Below are positions 40,360-45,084 of a stretch of 45,084 nt of DNA, piece after piece. The position numbers and the translations under genes were made by a program. The notes beneath the pieces were generated by a model. It saw only the letters and a program-made list of their open reading frames with translations. It had not been told where the DNA came from and searched no databases. How positions within the stretch are numbered: position 1 is the stretch's first letter; every line of letters starts with the position of its first letter. The stretch is taken from contig QHTZ01000069.1 in assembly GCA_003221005.1 (NCBI GenBank), forward strand, positions 1-45,084, read 5' to 3'. This stretch comes from Gemmatimonadota bacterium (GTDB lineage: Bacteria > Gemmatimonadota > Gemmatimonadetes > Gemmatimonadales > GWC2-71-9).

Positions 40360-41022
40360 TCAGAGGCCGAGGGACGGGCGGATGTCTACGTGGAGACCGA
40401 CGCCGAGCGTCGTGGTGTGGCCACCGCCTGGAAAGTTTTCGTAGTCGATCGCCGCGTGGAGGCCGACCAGGCCGAAGCCGAACGTCAGGCCGCCTGCGAC
40501 CCCGAACTGGGTGTTCGTCTGGGATGGGGTCACGCCGCTCCCCCCCTGGTGATTCATGCGCAGTCCGGGTGCCACCCATGGCTCAAGGCTCAGGCCGGGC
40601 ACCGGGAGGTCGACGGCAAGCCCGAGCGCCGCGGTCGCCCGCGTGCTAGTGACGCTGGACTGGCTGAAGCTCGCGAACCCGCCCTGGAGATTGATGGAGA
40701 TCGGGATCAGCGAGCCGCCGATGAGGCGGTACGCGGCCGCGCCACCGTACTCGGTGACGTTGGAGCCGGCGCCGGTCGGATTGCGCACTCCCACGGTAGC
40801 GCTGAGCGTTAGCGCGGAGAGGCCGAGCGCGGCCCGGCCCGCCACGGTCGTCCCCTTCCCGCCCGCCGAATCAGGCACACCGACGTCGGCCGCGACCGAC
40901 ACTCGGGTGCCGCCGCGCGGGCTGTTCCACACGGGCATCCCGGGGAGCTGGGCGGGCGCTCGCGCGGGAACCGTGGCCGCGGCTACCGCGACGACTGCCA
41001 TAACGAGCACTGCGCGCTTCAT
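40360..41022 (-). CDS. Outer-membrane beta-barrel protein (small, OmpA/OmpW-like)
   Basis: GGAGG RBS; signal peptide MKRAVLV...APA|Q; amphipathic strands. Confidence 0.7.
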   Translation of the reverse strand: MKRAVLVMAVVAVAAATVPARAPAQLPGMPVWNSPRGGTRVSVAADVGVPDSAGGKGTTVAGRAALGLSALTLSATVGVRNPTGAGSNVTEYGGAAAYRLIGGSLIPISINLQGGFASFSQSSVTSTRATAALGLAVDLPVPGLSLEPWVAPGLRMNHQGGSGVTPSQTNTQFGVAGGLTFGFGLVGLHAAIDYENFPGGGHTTTLGVGLHVDIRPSLGL

Positions 41023-41062
41023 GAGATGCCCTCCGCCCATAAGACGTGAAGCCGACTCGCAA

Positions 41063-41091
41063 ACGCTAGGAACGCCCGCGCGGCAAGTCAA
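41063..41091 (-). promoter_or_regulatory. Putative sigma70 promoter
   Basis: Minus strand TTGACT-N17-TAGCGT, upstream of the 41022 start. Confidence 0.5.
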
Positions 41092-41103
41092 CACTGTATC
41101 GCC

Positions 41104-41709
41104 TCAATGCACCCACACGACGCCGATCGACACGCCGTCCAGGTCGCCGAGACCCGCGCTGAGCCGGGCGTCGAGCGTGCGGCCGAACCGGAAGTCGGCA
41201 CCGAGCCCCAGCGTGAAGTCGAGGTTAGACCCGCCGTCCGCCACCAGCGTCGCCGTGGGCTGCACGTACGGCACGATGCTGACGGTCGACCGCTTGGGGT
41301 CGACCCGCCGTCCGAGCGACAGACCCACCGGGATGAACACGACCGAACTGCCGCTCACGAACGCGCCGCCGATCCCGAAGACGAGCGCGCCGTCGAGCGG
41401 GAAGTCGATCGTGTGCGTGATCACGCGCTCACGCGCCTCGGCGCCGAGCAGCAACTCCGTCTTGAAGGATCCGCCAGGATCGTACATCCCGCCGCGAAAG
41501 CCCACGTCGAAGTTGGACACGGCGTAGCGGTACACCCCTTCGAACGCGGCGCCGTTGCCGTTCGGAAAGCTCGCCACCACGCCGAACTCCGAGCGATGGA
41601 ACGCCCGATACGGCGCGTTGAACGACGGCATCCCCGTCGACTGCGCGCGCAGCGCTGGCGCGAGACTCACGAGCAGCCCCGCTATCAACCACGTTGCGTG
41701 ACGCCGCAT
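41104..41709 (-). CDS. Outer-membrane beta-barrel protein
   Basis: GGAGGGG RBS; signal peptide ...ALRA|Q; strands; C-terminus VSIGVVWVH. Confidence 0.72.
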   Translation of the reverse strand: MRRHATWLIAGLLVSLAPALRAQSTGMPSFNAPYRAFHRSEFGVVASFPNGNGAAFEGVYRYAVSNFDVGFRGGMYDPGGSFKTELLLGAEARERVITHTIDFPLDGALVFGIGGAFVSGSSVVFIPVGLSLGRRVDPKRSTVSIVPYVQPTATLVADGGSNLDFTLGLGADFRFGRTLDARLSAGLGDLDGVSIGVVWVH

Positions 41710-41777
41710 ATCCCCTCCTAGGATCGGGGAAAGGTAGTGACCTGTACCCGAGCGTTGCGCCGTCGTTCCGCCGGCGC

Positions 41778-41814
41778 AAACGAAACGGCCCGCCCACCTC
41801 TCGTGGACGGGCCG
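41778..41814 (-). terminator. Probable intrinsic terminator
   Basis: Minus strand CGGCCCGTCCAC-GAGAG-GTGGGCGGGCCG-TTTCGTTT. Confidence 0.6.
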
Positions 41815-41852
41815 CTGGGTGTGACGCCGCTCACCGAGCATCGGCCCGGTGA

Positions 41853-42425
41853 TCAATGCCAGAACGACAAGCCGATCCGTGTACCGATTGCGAAGTTGCT
41901 GGGGTAACCGCCGCCCTTGAAGGTGTAGCCCAAGAACCCTTCGATCCGCCCTGCCGCCGTCTCGAAGGGGACGCGCGTCCCCACACCGCCACCGAGCGAG
42001 AACTGCGTGCCGCTCCCCCCCGGCCCCCCGACATCGAACAGGTTAAGCGCTACACCGCCGGTGACGTAAGGCGCGCGGATCAGGTTGCGCGTCCCGGTGC
42101 CGCGCTTGAGCTGGTACAGCACGTTCAGCCCAGGCGCCAGTGAATACGTCGTCCCTCCAGCCGTGTTGAGCAGGAAGGCGAGCCGGGGCTCCCACATCAG
42201 CTTGGACCGCGAGAGGATTCCGAGGCGAACGTCGACGGGGGCTCCCATCTGGATGCCACCACTTCCCCCCGACGGCTTGAAGTAGTATCCCGTGAAATCG
42301 ACACCGATCTCTTGGTGGTAACCGCCCGTGGGCGCGCTCGTTGCCGCCCTTTTCTGAGCAGCCGCGGGCGTCGCGAGGAACGCGAGACCTCCCACCAACA
42401 ACGCACTACCGAGGAGCTTGACCAT
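41853..42425 (-). CDS. Outer-membrane beta-barrel protein
   Basis: GGAGGA RBS; signal peptide ...PAAA|Q; PYVTGGVAL, FSLGGGVG; C-terminal IGLSFWH. Confidence 0.75.
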   Translation of the reverse strand: MVKLLGSALLVGGLAFLATPAAAQKRAATSAPTGGYHQEIGVDFTGYYFKPSGGSGGIQMGAPVDVRLGILSRSKLMWEPRLAFLLNTAGGTTYSLAPGLNVLYQLKRGTGTRNLIRAPYVTGGVALNLFDVGGPGGSGTQFSLGGGVGTRVPFETAAGRIEGFLGYTFKGGGYPSNFAIGTRIGLSFWH

Positions 42426-42510
42426 TGCAGTTCCTCCGGGAAAGTACGGGTTGCTGGATTGCCTAGGGCGCCCTAATGCGCACAACCTCTAAGAGACTGC
42501 CTCCGATCTG

Positions 42511-42759
42511 TCAAGAGTTTTCCGCCCGGTCCGCTACGGCGCGCACGCTTTCACCCACCACCTGGAGGAACCCGCCGGTCACCCGAAAGGCGCTGCTCGA
42601 GCCCCCCTGGCGCACCGTGAGAGTGCCCGCGCCGAGCAGCGTGAGCAGCGGGGCGTGATGCGGCAGGATGCCGACGAGGCCGTCGAACGCCGGCGCGACC
42701 ACCGCGTCGGCCTCGCCGTCGAACAGCGCGCGCTCCGGGGAGATGACGGTGACGTGCAT
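42511..42759 (-). CDS. atpC: ATP synthase F1 epsilon subunit (short, 82 aa)
   Basis: VTVISPE..LFDGEA..V.AP..DG..GILPHHAPL..LL..G...GGFLQV; directly after atpD. Confidence 0.93.
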   Translation of the reverse strand: MHVTVISPERALFDGEADAVVAPAFDGLVGILPHHAPLLTLLGAGTLTVRQGGSSSAFRVTGGFLQVVGESVRAVADRAENS

Positions 42760-42762
42760 GGC

Positions 42763-44294
<1,532 letters not shown>

Positions 44295-44297
44295 GCT

Positions 44298-45084
44298 CTA
44301 CCCTTGCAGCGCCTCCGCGCCGCCGACGATCTCCGCGATCTCCTGCGTGATCTGCGCCTGCCGCGCCCGGTTGTAGGTGCGCCGCAACAGGTCGAGCATG
44401 TCCCCTGCGTTGTCGGTGGCGTTCTTCATCGCCGTGCGGCGCGCGCCATGCTCGGCGGCCGCGGTCTCGACCAGCGCGCGGAACATTTGATTCTCGACGT
44501 ACAGCGGGAGCAGCCGCTCGAGGATCGCGTCTGCGGAGGGCTTGAGAATGTAGTTGGCCGCCTGACCGCCCGACCGCCGGTCCGCCCGGGGCGGGGAGAC
44601 GGGGAGGATACGCTGCACGGTCGGCGGCGTCGAGATCGCGCTGTTGAACTTCGCGAACACGACTTCGACCGCGTCGAGCGCCCCGGTCTCGAATGCCCGC
44701 ATCAGCGGGGCCACCAGCTCCGCGGCGTGGGCCGCCGTCGGCCGGTCCCCAATGTCCGCGCGTTGCGAGGCGACGGAACGGCGGGTGAACCGAAAGAACC
44801 CGATCCCCTTTTTCCCGACGAGATGAAGGTCCACGGCCGTCCCCTGGGCCTCGAGCTCCTGGAGGCGACGTCGGGCCTCGCGGATGAGGTTTGCGTTGAA
44901 CGCCCCGCACAGCCCGCGGTTCGACGTGATCAGCACGAGCGCGACCTTCTTGACGCCGGCCGCGCCCGGTTGCCGCAGCAGCGCGAACCGCTCGGCCAGG
45001 GCCGGGGAATAGAGGTCCCCGATCACCTCCGCGAGCGCCGCCGCGTACGGGCGCGCCGCCACCACCCGATCCTGCGCGCGCTTC
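44298..45084 (-). CDS. atpG: ATP synthase F1 gamma subunit (5'-truncated by window edge)
   Basis: ITSNRGLCGAFN, EHGARRTAMKNATDNA, YNRARQAQITQEIAEIVGGA. Confidence 0.97.
   Translation of the reverse strand, partial: KRAQDRVVAARPYAAALAEVIGDLYSPALAERFALLRQPGAAGVKKVALVLITSNRGLCGAFNANLIREARRRLQELEAQGTAVDLHLVGKKGIGFFRFTRRSVASQRADIGDRPTAAHAAELVAPLMRAFETGALDAVEVVFAKFNSAISTPPTVQRILPVSPPRADRRSGGQAANYILKPSADAILERLLPLYVENQMFRALVETAAAEHGARRTAMKNATDNAGDMLDLLRRTYNRARQAQITQEIAEIVGGAEALQG
44556..44586 (+). repeat. 8-bp-period GACCGCC array in frame inside an AtpG loop
   Basis: GGCCGCC T GACCGCC C GACCGCC G GTCCGCC, encoding RADRRSGGQAA on the minus strand. 44558-44580 is identical to 13268-13290. Confidence 0.8.

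Noticed and set aside
42486-42514. TTGACA on the minus strand overlapping the atpC stop, as a promoter for the OMP gene
   Set aside because: The -35 is perfect but the -10 at 17 nt (TAGAGG) is poor; support is insufficient.

Overview
High-GC bacterial chromosomal segment. Gene content (SusC/SusD pair, PorV-like barrel, short ATP synthase epsilon, LPS Kdo transferase) suggests a Gemmatimonadota-like diderm; this is inference. Housekeeping genes: pdhB(partial)-pdhC-lpdA-membrane protein-lipB-Mo-oxidoreductase; M20 dipeptidase; TPR protein-gdhA; cation:H+ antiporter; hisIE-dnaE-accA-ricT-metG; M23 peptidase; dsbA-like-waaA; atpG(partial)-atpD-atpC. Envelope modules: two tandem Zn-protease lipoproteins with a PorV-like barrel and an aminopeptidase; SusC-SusD-lipoprotein-DUF4397; TPM-nucleotidyltransferase-LemA-TolB-like; three small OM beta-barrels. 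No rRNA, tRNA, CRISPR or transposase was seen. The most striking unexplained structure is a dispersed family of short-period (7, 8, 10, 13, 16 bp) degenerate tandem-repeat arrays, many arranged as inverted arms. They occur (i) as inverted arms around a four-helix-bundle (23S-IVP/Avd-like) gene, (ii) as 'empty' intergenic hairpins, and (iii) in frame inside linkers of PdhC, LipB, DnaE and AtpG and inside a signal peptide. Together they look like a transposase-free, hairpin-based mobile or RNA-processing system. All calls were made by eye from sequence motifs; no searches were run.
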